DNA of 64,000 nucleotides. Source: the human T2T-CHM13v2.0 reference genome, Homo sapiens. Shown here in pieces: positions 15,946 through 29,624 of the stretch. Position numbers and translations under genes: made by a program. The stretch lies in assembly GCF_009914755.1 (NCBI RefSeq), contig NC_060935.1; one strand, written 5' to 3'. Numbering within the stretch: position 1 is the stretch's first letter; the number at the start of each line of letters is the position of its first letter. The notes below the pieces were generated by a model. The model had not been told where the DNA came from. It did no database searches and saw nothing but the letters and a program-made list of their open reading frames with translations.

Positions 15946-17559
15946 CTGTGGGAAGAAGCCTTACATACTGTACAGTCAGTTGACTTCTGAGGAAGAGACT
16001 CCTCATATCTATCAATTCTCACTCCTTACCTCACCAGGGCACTTTTACAGCAGACTTCATCAAAACTTCCATGTAAAAATGGCCTCCAAATAGAACTCAA
16101 AGTAAGAATACCTGGGCTAGGTTTCAACTCAGGGTGAAATCTGGTGCACAGAAACCCTTAAAATTGCTATAGAATTTTGCAAACGTTGAGCTTAAATAAA
16201 AAGGAGATGATGTTACAGCAGTACAAGATGATATGAATATTACAGCTGAATTCTGAAATTGGGGGCTCACACACTGATCCCCACCACTCATTTCCAAGTG
16301 GTTTCTGTCTCCTGCTTGGGAGGGCTTTCAGCTCCCGTGCCCAGCCCTGCTACCTGTGGAAGCCACAGGGCCGTCCTGTGTTGGGCACAACACAAGAAAC
16401 CCTGTGGCTCACAAAGCCTCTGACTCATCCGTTATGGGGGAAGGGGGCTTTGTTACATTCTCTGTTTTCCATCAGCTTAGCTCCTGTTTCTACAGAATCA
16501 AAAGATGACTGCCAGAGGAAAAGGAGTTTGTTTTCTTCCATTGAATGCAATTGTTTCAATGACAGCCTGTGAGTGCTGCAATCTTGCAGGCCTCAGACAC
16601 TTAATTCATCTCAGAGGTGATATCAAAAACAGCACAGCAGGCACTTACCCGCCACTGGCTCTCTTGCTACAAAAGCAAGCACCTGTTTCATCATCCTGGG
16701 CCCTGGTGACTGACCCAGGTGGGCGATGCCATATTGACTGGGGCGGGGTGAAGGGATGTGCCACAGCTGTCTGGGATACCATGCTGCAGACGAAAGGGAA
16801 TTAAGGTGGAGGGGGTGTGCTGGCCAGCTCTGAGGCTCTGCTGCCTTGTTCCTGAGCTTTAGCTTTGCCTTCCTCTCCTATAAAGAGGGCCAACAGCGAA
16901 ACTGCCCACCACTGGCCCTTCCGGCCAGCCAATGTGCTGCAGACTACTCTGCACTGGACTTACCACAAAAAGGCTCAGAAGGCAACATTTGCCACTCTGT
17001 TAGGGCTGAAGTCTCTAGGGCGGGTTGAAATGATGGAGAGAAAGCTCAAAAAGGTGCCTCATTCTAGCCTGCCAAAGAGAAAATTGGAATTTCCCCAACC
17101 ATCCCTATAATCTTTGGTTTGATAGAGATAGCTCTGGAAAGGAGTGTGTCTGCTAGGGAAAAGCTTTGCCCACGCACCAGGAACTGGCCTGGCCAGCAGT
17201 GTGAGGAATCCTGTGTATCCTCCACATGTGAGACTTAAAGCTGGGAAGAGATGTTCAAAGAGCTGGCTTTTCTCAAGACAGGGGTTGCTAATTTCTTTCT
17301 CAAATAAATCTGAGATTCTTCCCATCATCCCTGTTCCTGTTGTCCCTGCCCAGGTGCAAGGACTGAGCGTGTCCAGCTGACAATGTTCCTATTGTCTCTC
17401 ACCTGGTGAGACCCACCTGTCACACCAGCATCAGGATACATTTCAAAATACAACTTTTATCTCCTACTCCCGCATTAAGCTATTAATACAACTCTACTCG
17501 ATTATCTGTTTATCTGTGATGTGCTTCCACTCTTATCAGCAAAATATGATTTTATTATT

Positions 17560-17800
17560 AATAAAAATGACTATTGAGTTCTTTAATATATGCTAGGCAT
17601 TTCATTATAACTTTGCATTGTATTAATTCACACAATTCCCATAACAGCCTTCTGAATTAGGTGTTATTACTTTCTCCAATTTAAAGATGAAAAAGCTTGA
17701 GACTCAGAGGTTATGGAATTTGCCAAGGTCACACAGCTAGTGAGTGTGGGAGCCATGATTTGAAACCGGGGTTTGTTCCCATAGCCCATGCTCTTAGCCA
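17560..17800 (-). mobile_element. MIR
   Basis: actattgagttctttaatatatgctaggca...gactcagagg...tgccaaggtcacacagctagtgagt...gatttgaaacc. Confidence 0.88.
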
Positions 17801-18808
17801 CTCACCTCTCCACGTGGCAGGGAGGGCTGCCCACTGTTTCCCCCAAACACAGTCTTTTCACTATAGCTTCCTCTGAGCCAAGGAAGCTTCCATTCTACCC
17901 AGGCCAGCCTCATCATGGTCTAGTAAAACAAACGATGCTCAGATTTACCCTTTCTTCCATCTGGCCTGCTCTGCCTTCCCCTTCTTTGAATCTTAGCCAC
18001 TCCTCAAAAGCCGGCTGAAGTCCAGCCCGCTGCTCTGCAGTGGTCTCTAGAGGGCCAAGCCTACCCTTGTCTCCTGGACCTCATGGCACATAATCACACA
18101 TCACTGTGTGCTGGGCTCCTGTTGTTCTAGGTCCATGACCTACCTTGTTATGAAAGACTATGAGTCATTTCAGAGAGACAAAAGTGTAATTTTATTTTGT
18201 AGCCCTCGTAGAATCTTGCCAATACTCAGAACATAACAAAAGCCCAATTGAATTAGATCAGCATAGTACATGGCTCCTGAGAACATCGCAACCCCCAAGT
18301 CTCACAAAAATCCTGTAAAAGAAAATGAACAAGTTGGCCATAGTCTCCTGTGCCTTTAGTGCCACACCACACTGACTCAAACCATGCATCTCTGCTTTCT
18401 GGAATCTTTGGTGCCCCATTTGTATCTAGAAAAAAAATGTTTCCTTTTCTAACTCTGAAGAATATGCAGCTGTGCCACTAAATGCTGCCTTTGTCTACAT
18501 GACAGTGAGAACTCTGTGGATTGCAGTAGGACATCACCTCTGACCCTGCTGCCCCTGGGCCTTGTCTGAAGGCACTGGTCTCTGAGTGTACAAGAAATAG
18601 AACCTTGGAATCAACTTCCAGGCTCCAAAGAGTGTCCTTTGACTCTCCGGGTAATCCGGCAGTATGCAGTGGAATGCTGACCAGTTGTGATTAGAAATGC
18701 ACTTCCCAGTTTCAACACCAGCCTATTCATCTTAGAGTAGGTGTGGAATCGATGGCAAAGTGGTAGACTCAAAAGACTGTTCCACCTTGAATTCATCTAC
18801 AGTCTTTC

Positions 18809-18984
18809 AAGCCTGTACTTTTCCCCACCTCCTCTTTTTATTAATAGCTGATCCCTATATAACTATTCTAGCCCACAAATTAACACCGTGTGTGTGTATA
18901 AAAGCTTGTATATTTCCCTCTACCTGTTCTTTATATTAATAGCTGATCTCTATATAACTACTCTAGCCCACAAATTAAGACTCT

Positions 18985-19029
<45 letters not shown>

Positions 19030-19128
19030 CTTTTACATTTCCCTCTACCTCTTCTTTTTATTAATAGCCATTCTCGGTATAACTACTTTAGCCCGTGAAT
19101 TAAGAATGTGTATGTGTGTGTGTGTGTG
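18809..19128. repeat. Tandem triplication of a ~93-125 bp unit, each copy ending in (GT)n
   Basis: Three copies of tttccc..acct..cttt.tattaatagc.....tataacta..ctagccc..aattaa starting 18809, 18902 and 19027. Confidence 0.93.
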
Positions 19129-19269
19129 CTAGGTAGAGAGAGGCTTAAGTGTATGTATAAGAAAATGTATAATTCCTAAGCACCTGTTTCTGTGACGAAG
19201 GGGGAAAAATAATGAAATTAAAGGCTTTTGTAATTGCTGCTCCCTCTATCAAGAATAGTCTTCTCTGCA

Positions 19270-19575
19270 AGGGCCACATAGCTCCTGTTCTCCTTCTTGC
19301 CTGTCTCTGTTGAATACCAGTGTTAAAAAGATGCGACCCTGACACTTCCTGCAAATTAGCACTCCCATCACTGCCTATCCCCCTTCTTCTCTTCTTCTTC
19401 ACAGCACAGATACCTGACACTAGGTGTGTATTTATTAACTCATAGCTCTGTCCTCATGCACACACCCAGCTGCGAGCTTCTTGTGGGACTCTGTCAATTC
19501 CATTCATTCCTGAATCCCCCATACCTAGAACCCTGCCTGCCTGTACATCATGGGTGCTCAATAAATAGTCAACCA
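19270..19575 (+). mobile_element. L2 3' end
   Basis: ctgaatcccccatacctagaacc...gggtgctcaataaatag. Confidence 0.8.
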
Positions 19576-20011
19576 AAAAATGTTAAGCATATGGGTGAAT
19601 TCTAATGAACAAAAAATGAAAAAAGGTCTTGATCTAATTCCAGTTCAATATTAGCAAACTCTGGAACTTCAAAATAGGACTTAATTTCTGTGAGTCTCAG
19701 CCTTCTCATGTGTCAAATGAGGTGCCTCGACCAGATAGACAACTTATTCCTGGACATTTCTAAGTTTCCTTGAGTCGCCTTGACATGGACAAGTGATGCA
19801 GGAGCTCCTACCCTTTGACTGACTTTCAGGTGCCCTTGGGTGATGCTGTTTTCCCTCCACCCATGAAGTCAAGGTGAAAACACAATGCTCAGCTGAATAC
19901 CCTACAGGAAGATTTGCCTGGGTGCATGCTTGTAGGCAATCCCAAAATGTTTCCTTTTGTTTTGCAGGAGGAAGAGAAATCAGTCTCCCTTAAAATGCTT
20001 TTGCAGCAGTT

Positions 20012-20521
<510 letters not shown>

Positions 20522-21288
20522 TCATCAGAACTAATCATGGCAGTTTTGCAGTGCTCCTTTCAACCATCCCTAGAGGCCTCCATCTTTCAGAGACTCCCAG
20601 GGGGAAGAGAACTAACACACTAGAAATAGCTGTGCTTTTGACGTAAAGCACACTAGCAAACAGGGCTAAGATGGATCACAATGCCAAGCATGACCATCAC
20701 TCCATGAGCACAGGAAACACCGCGCCCCGCACTCATGGTTATGCAACGCAACAACTTGATAGAGTGCCGCTGTCTCTGTACTAGAAATCGAAGGCGATCT
20801 GCTCCTACCTGTACATAGAGCAGGGAAAATCACTTTCAACTCATTGAGAGGCTTCAACAGCAGAAAGATTGATCAAAGTGATGAGGAGCAAATCTCCCTG
20901 CCGCCTACTGATGCCAGACACATAAACAAGGCGGGCTGCAAGTCATCCCTCCAGAGGGACCCGTGCGGAGGTTGGGTGGAATATGTGTGACTAGTGAAGC
21001 GTGTGAAGAGGGAGGGCGAAGAGTGGCAGTCTACAGGCAGCGGACAGCTCCAGTCTCCTGCCCTGTGTTTGCAAAAACAGAAGACTCAGGTGGAGTCTCC
21101 TGCAGCTGAGCTGGCCCAGGCTCAGGACAATGCTGGCTTCCGAGAAGGCCGTTTGGGACATAGAGGGAGCAAGAACCTGGAGCTAAATTTGGTCTGGAGC
21201 AGACTCTCATGGTACCTTAGGCCTTCATGGAGACTTCGCTGAGAATTACTCATTTTGGAGACTCATGAGGAAGAGGTGATAGATTTCT

Positions 21289-21504
21289 TTTCTTTGGAAA
21301 CAGGGTCTTGCTTTAACACCCACACTGCAGTGCAGTGGCACAATCATAGCTCGCTGCAACCTTTGAACATCTCCCTACATTTTTTAAATTTTTATAGAGA
21401 TGGAGTTTCACCCAGGCTGGCCTTGACCTCCTAGCCTCAAACAATCCTCCCAGCTGGGCCTCCCAAATCACTGGGATTACAGGCATGAGCCACTGTGACC
21501 CACC
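21289..21504 (-). mobile_element. AluJ with internal deletion
   Basis: J-type caatcatagctc and ctcaaacaatcctccc; ~70 nt of the right arm missing; TSD rtgatrgatttct at 21276-21288 and 21505-21517. Confidence 0.9.
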
Positions 21505-22499
21505 ATGATGGATTTCTGAAAGCCACCATTACAAGAGAGTAACAAAGTCCAAGTTCTCTCCAGCAAGGTTCAGGATGGTCTTAAGAGAGAGAGAAGTGGC
21601 ATGCTCATGGTGTAGTCACCCGCCCCTAATCACTCCGTGACTCGGGGGTTCTTTGTGTTGCCCATCCTCACAGGGCCTACGTCACTCTTTAACTATGGGG
21701 CTGACACTTGTCATCTTTCCATCTACCCATGTCACTCCCAAATCTCCCTCATTAGATAAAAAATTAATTTTGTTAATTAAAGCAATGGAAATCAATTAAC
21801 CTTATCAGGCAACATGGCCTACTGAAACAGAGCCAAGCCTTATATTGCAATTTCCTTCTGCCTGAGATCAGAGATAGAACCACACAATTTGACTCTCAGA
21901 GGGGGCGTTTTCAACCCTGGGAGTGAGAGGGAACTTTTTCTCTCTAGGGTTAGAGAAGGTTCTAAACTATTCACAACCAGGTTATTTACTTCAACACAAT
22001 GAGCATTAGAATTACATTTTACCAACATCTAAAGATTCCATTAATTTCTTTTCAGCTGTCTACCTAGCACTGTAATGGATTTAATACCAATCATGGATAC
22101 TTAAAATAAAATTCAATCACTTTACAAATGGGAAAAAAGAGGCCTGACACAGGGTGGCTTGTGGGTTTCTCCCTTCTCTTCTCCTGTACCACATCTTCCC
22201 AAAATAGCCTAAAATTTTATCCCTTTTATAAATATCTCTGTACAATTTAAACACAGTCATTATTTTACTTTAAAAAAAGCGCTATAAATGCAAAGGCTGA
22301 AGTCTCCTCCGCAAAGTCCCTGCAGTTTTCTCAGTTTATTCTGAACTAATTGCCAGAGCAGCCTGTGATGAAATCCCTAATAGCCTTTATGATGAAAGAT
22401 TAAACCCTGCGAGGAAACACATTGACAAGGTGCGCTGCAGACTCTCCACTCCCACCCACTTATGTGGTGTAGGGTGAGTGCCCTCTCCATTCGTCATAA

Positions 22500-22635
22500 T
22501 CCATCGGGCAATCAGCGTGCTCCCTCCCTAACTTCCGGTTTAGTCACACTCACACAATAGCAGCCCTCACTCCTGCTAGAATAAGGGACACGATCTGGCC
22601 GCCCCAGGTGGTATTTCTCCAGCTGAGTCACTGTT
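22500..22635. promoter_or_regulatory. Candidate enhancer motif cluster (ETS plus AP-1/ARE)
   Basis: ACTTCCGGT 22531-22539, GCTGAGTCA 22622-22630, several retained CpGs. Confidence 0.3.
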
Positions 22636-23689
22636 GAATAAATGAACCCACTGACAGTCTCTCTGAGCTTAGCCCTGAGAGCCAATGCTGTCTTTGCGAA
22701 AAGGGTGCATTACCTACTGCTATAGTCCTGGCACGGCTTCCCTCCTTAACCTACTCTTGTCTACCTAATGTTCAGAATTACCTTTCTCTGACACACTGAA
22801 CATTTTACCCCACTGCCCCTCTCCCAGCCAAATTGGACAAATCCTGTTGCGTTCTGACATTCAAGACACTCCTTCCCTCCCATCTTACGGCATCACACCC
22901 TTGCTTCCCCTGTGCATTACAAACTGCTGCTCACTCTTCTTCCTTCACATGTGGCATGCTGGCCATGGCTCCTGCACCAAAAACAACTCAAGGAGCCCCA
23001 CCTCCTACTTCTCTCTTTTTGAGAACCCCCCACACTTCTATCTCTTGCTGTATCTAAATGTGGCACTCTGCATTTCAAAAATTACAGAAAAATAGGGGTT
23101 TGCTTGTCATTTTCTTTAATGAAAGTATGAAAGAGAAGACCTAGCTAAAAGTAAAACCATAAAATGATGCCACCTCCATCATGACAACCCCTGCCTCAGC
23201 ACCTGGAAACATGGTGTGTGTCCTCTTTCCCTGAAAATAATGTACCTTCCTGGGAATTGGGACACCTCTTAGGAGCTTGCAAAGAGACACAGTTAACAAG
23301 TGAGGAGGACTTGCTAGCCACGTCACATGCGGAGATTCCCTCAAACACATCAGTGATTACAGCCTTAGGCTCTTCCTTACCATCACCCTCTGCGTGACTT
23401 CCATTACCTCTCTTTAAAATCAATCCCGACCATCACATTGATCTCAAATCATATACACCAGCCCCCCTATATCAAGCACAGAGGCCTAAAGTAACACTCT
23501 CATTCCTGGAAACAGTAAAATATCAAGCAGTGCTGCCATCGCATCAAAGCCAGGTCTGTTTTAAAGAATTCAGGATTTCTTGATACAAAAAAATCTCAGG
23601 ATAGGAAGAGATCTATGGGAAAGTATTCCCACTAGGTGTTCAAAGGGTAGAAACAAAAATTACTTTAAAAATGTGGCAGAGGCAGCAGC

Positions 23690-23870
23690 CAAATGTATTT
23701 AGAAAAACCTGGATTAAGCTAAATTAAATGAATTTACTTACTGCTTTTAATATGAATCATGCATCTCGAGGAATAAACACAATGTGTATATTTCCCAAAC
23801 ATATTTATCTTGCCACCCATCCTTTGTACTGAATAATCTTACGGCAGTAATGTTCCATGAAACACACTGC
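23690..23870. mobile_element. MER103C-like DNA transposon relic
   Basis: ctggattaagctaaattaaatgaatttacttactgc...tttcccaaacatattt...tgttccatgaaacacact. Confidence 0.6.
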
Positions 23871-24099
23871 ACTAGAATCATCTAGCCTAGTCTTTCATTA
23901 AATGCTAGATTCCTGTTCACAACATCACACTTGGGCTTCCCCTTGTTTGTCTTCACTGTCAGAGAACGTATTGCTTGTGCCATTTTCCTACCACAATGTT
24001 CTTTTTTTGCACTAAACCAAGATGTGCTGCTTTGTAACTTCCTTCTGGTACTTTTGGATTTGACTAGGGCCGTAGAGAGCAAATTTAATCGATCTTCAG

Positions 24100-24385
24100 A
24101 TCCGTGAAGAAAGAGCTCTTCTGGTTCTTCTAGTGGTATCTTCTAGGCTCAAGCCCACCCAGGCCTTCATTAATTGCTCTGATGACATTTCACACTGTAA
24201 CATTAGCCTGGTCCTTTCTGTCTGATACACTTCAATTCTCAATATTCCTCTTAAGGTGTGGTGGCTGCAATGAACACAGGCACTCTAGATTTCGTCTAAT
24301 CAATAGAACCTAAAGCAGGACTATTACTTTCTTAGCTCTGGTCGCTAATACACCAATCAGAAGCCAGAAGATTTTACTAGAATAA
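24100..24385 (-). mobile_element. L3/CR1 relic
   Basis: tcaatattcctcttaaggtgtgg...tgaacacaggcactctagat...ggactattactttc matches antisense L3 as recalled. Confidence 0.65.
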
Positions 24386-27300
24386 CCTAGAATTTTATCT
24401 GCATTAGTGTAGTTCTTCATCAAAGTTGAGGTTGTTTAGGTTTATCCAGATTGACAAGATTTTGTTATTTCTACAAAAATGATGACCTTAGTGTTAAGAT
24501 CCTGATAATTTGGCATACACTCTTAATGAGAATTAGACTATGATTTAAATCCCCTTCACTATAATGGACTTTAGTTGTCAACGTTACCATTGTCCTGGGC
24601 AAGAGGTCGGAGTCCCTAATGGGAGTTAGCGAGTCTGGCTCAGATTCATTCCTCCTTCATCCCCAGGCAGTGCAGCATCCCTGAATGCCAAGCGGGATGC
24701 TCAAGTCAGCCAAATCCCTCCTGTCAAATAAGCTTCAGCATGTGAGAGGCAATTCCTGTTATTTTGCTGGGTAATTTTTGCTTTCAAAAGCAGAAGAGAG
24801 AACAGAGGCCAATATCGAGAGATGTGAATGCTACTAGGGGACTACAGAAGAATAGAAATGCAAATGCAAATTTTGAAATGTACCCTACTGAATAGTTCAC
24901 TGAAAATATGAAGGCATATAGGAGGTAATGCAGTCACCAGGTGTCTGGTCTCTGCAGGACCACATCAGCTTTTAGAATAGCCAGCATAGATTAGACAGGC
25001 ACTTGAAGCATATCCATTTTCAAGTAAGCTTTAAAGAAAATTCAAGACAAAATGGTGGCAGTGGAAAGAATGTGGAATTAGCCATCAGAAAACCTGGGTT
25101 CCAAGCCTCGTTTTACCACTTGTTTGATTAGTTAATTTAACCTCTCTGAAAATTCATCTATATAATCAAACTTCTGGACTAGATGTTAGCTATGGGGTTT
25201 TCTGTGCATGTGTGTGTGTGTTTTGTTTTGTTTTGTTGTTTCTGTGTGAGTTTTTTGTTGTTTTGTTTTGATTTGATGCGGATCTTCTATAGTTCATTAT
25301 AAAATTCCCTACTGAAGACTGACTTTCCTGACTTCCAATAGCCTTCAAAAAGGACAGTTTCACATTATCTTAAAAGGGTAATGAATGGTGTGCATAGTGT
25401 TTGAAATTGAGGGAGAGGATAAACAACTAAATTCCTGTATTATGTTAAGCACAAAGTTGCATTTTTATTTACTTTTTTGTTGGTGGTGCCAAAGAATGTA
25501 TTGCTTATATCATTTTTCATTTGCTCTTCAAAACTTAGCCATAGGCTTGTGCCTTTGCTTCAGTTTTAAGCATCTTGTAAAGCACGTGTGGCCTGAGAGT
25601 GGCCTGTTGCTGCTACACCTCTCCAAGGTGTCTTCATGATGACTCTCCCTGGGAGCAGCCAGCACAAGTGCAGTTGTCCTCCCGGGAGCTGCAACTGGTT
25701 TGCCCTGACATGCGAGAATTAGAAAGATGGCCTTTTGGAGGTTATTAACATGATGGCATTGCCTTAGCCATCCCATAGAAAGATTGCAAGCCAGCAGGAC
25801 TCCAAATTAAAATTATGTTCATTGGAAACCAACAGTAGGCTTGTAACAAAAGCAGCAAAACCATTAGAGATCACTCAAAGGCTCTTAGGGAAGTGTTTTT
25901 TTTCTCCTGTATCCAATATGGAATTTACTATCCACTGAGACAGGACAGAGTTTACAGATTTAGGTTGGCCTCTGAAATTAAGACTAAAGATGAAAACCAG
26001 GTGCTTCAAGAAGATGAAGATCCTGTCTGTATTTGGACATAGCAGCATGCTATTAATTTAATTTCTAAATAAGTGGAGGAATTTTCTTGACTCGGAAAGG
26101 AAAGCTCCTGCTGGCCAAATTCTCCTTCACCTGATGGAGCTAGAGTTGTGTATCATTCACTTCAGCAATAAATATACTTGGGGGTGAGATCAAGGATGAG
26201 ACAAGAAAGAATGATCCTGAAATTGCCTGAATTTTATAATCCCAGTACATGCAGGCACCCATAAAAGATGATAGTGAGCTGAGAGGAAAGACAGAGGGGA
26301 ATACTGAACAATAGTGTGGAGGATATGACAATCCATATCAAAAGCCAGATACATAAAGCTTGATGATATACCAAAAAATGCTACCCTGTTACATCTGACC
26401 CTTCAGCCAGTTGTATATGCATTCTATTAATCATTTGAAAAAAAGCTGTTCTTTCTCTGGGAGAGAGAAAGGGCTCAGGGCAGGAAAAGCAATAGAATTT
26501 GTCTTCTTTGATTACTCACTGTGACTAAAGTCTCTGTTATGAAATGTGTGTGCTCAATGACCATTCACTAAATGTTCCATGATTGTGATGAATAAGATCC
26601 ACTGCAAACGAGAGCCATTGATTCACCAGAGCCCAGATGCCAATTGAATCTCATCTAGCATATCTCAGCTGTGAGCTGCTTGCGGGCAAGGACTGTGCCT
26701 AATTCATCTTTGAATCCCCCCAGCACCTAATGCAATGTCGTGCATCGAGCAGGTGCTGCGTAAATGTTTGATAGGGGAGATTGCTTTCCTGAATGAAGGG
26801 AGATGTTTGGTAACATAATCCATGTAGTAACTACAGGCAGACATTTAGAAAGGCTTACTCGGGTGCTGCCCAAACTGCAAGAGAGGAGCATACAGCCCCA
26901 GCCTCCCTCACTGATGCTGCTGAGAGAAGCCACTCACAAATAGAGGAGCAGGTAACTTCTGAAAGGCTGGGGGACTTTGGCACAAAGCTCTGAGACTTCG
27001 TGGCTTGCTGCAGCATTTAACAGGAATAACACTTCTTAGAAAATGCTATGCTAGAAGGTGATCTACGTGTACATCCAGATAAAGAAATTACAAATTCATT
27101 TAAGTTAGTATAAAGGCCGTGATACAAGAGAATGATAAGTCAAACCATGTCGAGGTGAGGTAGACCATGTGGGACAGACTTCATCGATATTTATACCGTA
27201 ATTATGAAGCCCCTACCATGAGCAGTATGTAAAGATCAGGAAGACATGGCCTTGACATTTAAGGAATCTGCAGTCTGCTGGGAGAGGACCCTCACCACAG

Positions 27301-29624
27301 CTGAGACACAGGGGAGCAGAAGGATTCAGCGTGCAGGCCTGGGTGTGATCTAAGCTGTGTGTCATAGCGGTGCGGGGGCTTCGTCATGGGACCTGACTTT
27401 TCTGACTCCCTTTCTACAACCTAAAATCGCATTAATTGTATCTACTTCATACTGGCTGTATGTGGAGCCTTTAAGCAGTGCATGTGCATGGTAACCACTC
27501 AGTAACTCTGAGCTGTTATTTTTATGGGAGGATAACAGAACAAGGTCAAGACCAAGGGCATTCCCTGAGCCACACTTGGCTAAATATTTTACAGTTCTCT
27601 CTTGAGTATGGATTGGAAATGAAGACCATTCTCTCTGTACATTGTGCTATAAATATAATGATCTATACATTTATAGACTTAGCAATGCACAGTTTTGAGG
27701 GAGATGTTTAACTTTTTAAGTGCTAGTTGCTTAGATAGCATTGTGCTCATTCTCACCTCTTAATTTAATTCCTCAGGTATTGTGGGAAGTACCTGAACCA
27801 GGTAGTTCCATTTTAAAAACTGTAAATGGTATTGAGAAGTTTAGGTGAGCAGAAATCATCACAGGCTGCACTCAGCCGGGTCTATCCTGCATGGTGATAC
27901 CCTATACTTCAAGTGGAGAGTGGGATCCGAGAAACAATAGGAATCCCTTCTTCTTCAGGGATATTGACCCATATCTCCATAATGTTTACAAAATCTGTTT
28001 AAGACACCTGAGCAACCATGAACACAGTGCCTTTCTTTCCTATAGACTTTGTTCTGTCTGTGGCCACATTCCCCACGGTGGATTTTCTTTCTGAAGATGA
28101 GGTGTGAGACAGGAAGAACACAGCTGTGCTTTCAGATCCCAGACGGAAATAGTGGGACATGCTAAACCATCAGAAAAAAAAATATTTTGACTTATGCACA
28201 GAGCATATTTTCTTTAGAAGCTATCAGGGAGAAAGAGCAATTTTTCTACATGAAATTCCATTTCTTCCCTGTACCCTGGCCTCCTTTTAAAAATCAACTT
28301 TTCATTGAAACACTAGTGGACTGGACACAGGTCAATGGTCTGTTCTGCTCAGCGTTGGAACAGATATGAAGCAGTGAATACCATCGCGGGCTGCAGAGGA
28401 GCCCACAGAGCCTTCCTGTCCTTTTAATTCCACGATGGTCTGGATAGAAAAGCCAACCTGCTGTTTTGATGACTTAATTTCTTTTTCTCAGTCACTGCAG
28501 CAATGATGCCTCTAAAAGGGACAGCCCCCTTTTCTGTGGAACCAACTGCATTGGAATTCTGCTAAATGGCACTAAATGTCTTCGAAATCAAAAGGAGAAT
28601 ATAATTTAAGTGCCACTGGGATCTTCCCACAGTTTCTCTGTACCCACACGCTAGAACACTGCCTGGTGACAGGTCTATAGTTTAGGGTAACACACAGTGG
28701 GGAAAAAATGATGGTTTTTCAACCATGTATTTCAAGAAATTGACAATTTTAATAGCACACTCTTAATGGAGAATCATCCAGACTTTCTTCCCTGCTTGAA
28801 GTTGAAAACATCAGTAAGATGTGAGAAAGCAAGGTATTTGTAAAGAAATTAGCATCTATCTTCCTCCCAGAAATGGAGATCTCAATGTGAAGACAGAATA
28901 ATAGCATGGGAATGTCACCCCCACCAAAATATGAGCTGAGTTTAGAGATCCCAAATGGGAATGGGAAGAAAATCACACTTTTCTCTCTGAACTATTGTTT
29001 TTACATGAAATAGCACATACTCTCTATATAGTGTGTGGCCAAGAGTACCATTGTTTTACCTTAAGGAGAAGCAAGCAAATGAATGTAGATTAGACAAAAA
29101 TTGCAAAACAAAAACATTTCTTTAATGACAATTGAATGAGTACCTCCTATGTACTAGGCATACACACTTGATGACAGGCAGCTTCTTCTCTCTGGGAACT
29201 CACATCTCAGTGAACATTTCCAACATATGATCAATGCACACAGCACTATCTGGAAACTGTGTGATGGCTCACACAGAGGTATAAGGCATAGAGAGTTGGA
29301 CGGCAGGCCAATGCAGAAAGGTGGAAGGGCTGTGAATGCACATGAGGAAGGAGTGGGGTTTTAATGAAACTTCCTATGTCTCTATCTCCATAAAATTAAA
29401 ATAGGAGTATACCTCTCAGGTCAATAGAAGGAATAACTTCTTGATAATGAAAGCTGTTAAGATGGACTGAGTTACAAAGCAGGACCACAAAATTGGCTTT
29501 CCCGCGATTTGCCACGGTTATTTTAGGAACAGCAAATGGCCTTTCAAAATCTTGTCAATATCTAGTTTTTGTGGTCTGGGGCTAAGTGTAATTAGGAGTG
29601 GATTGAGAAAAGTGTTTTCTATAT

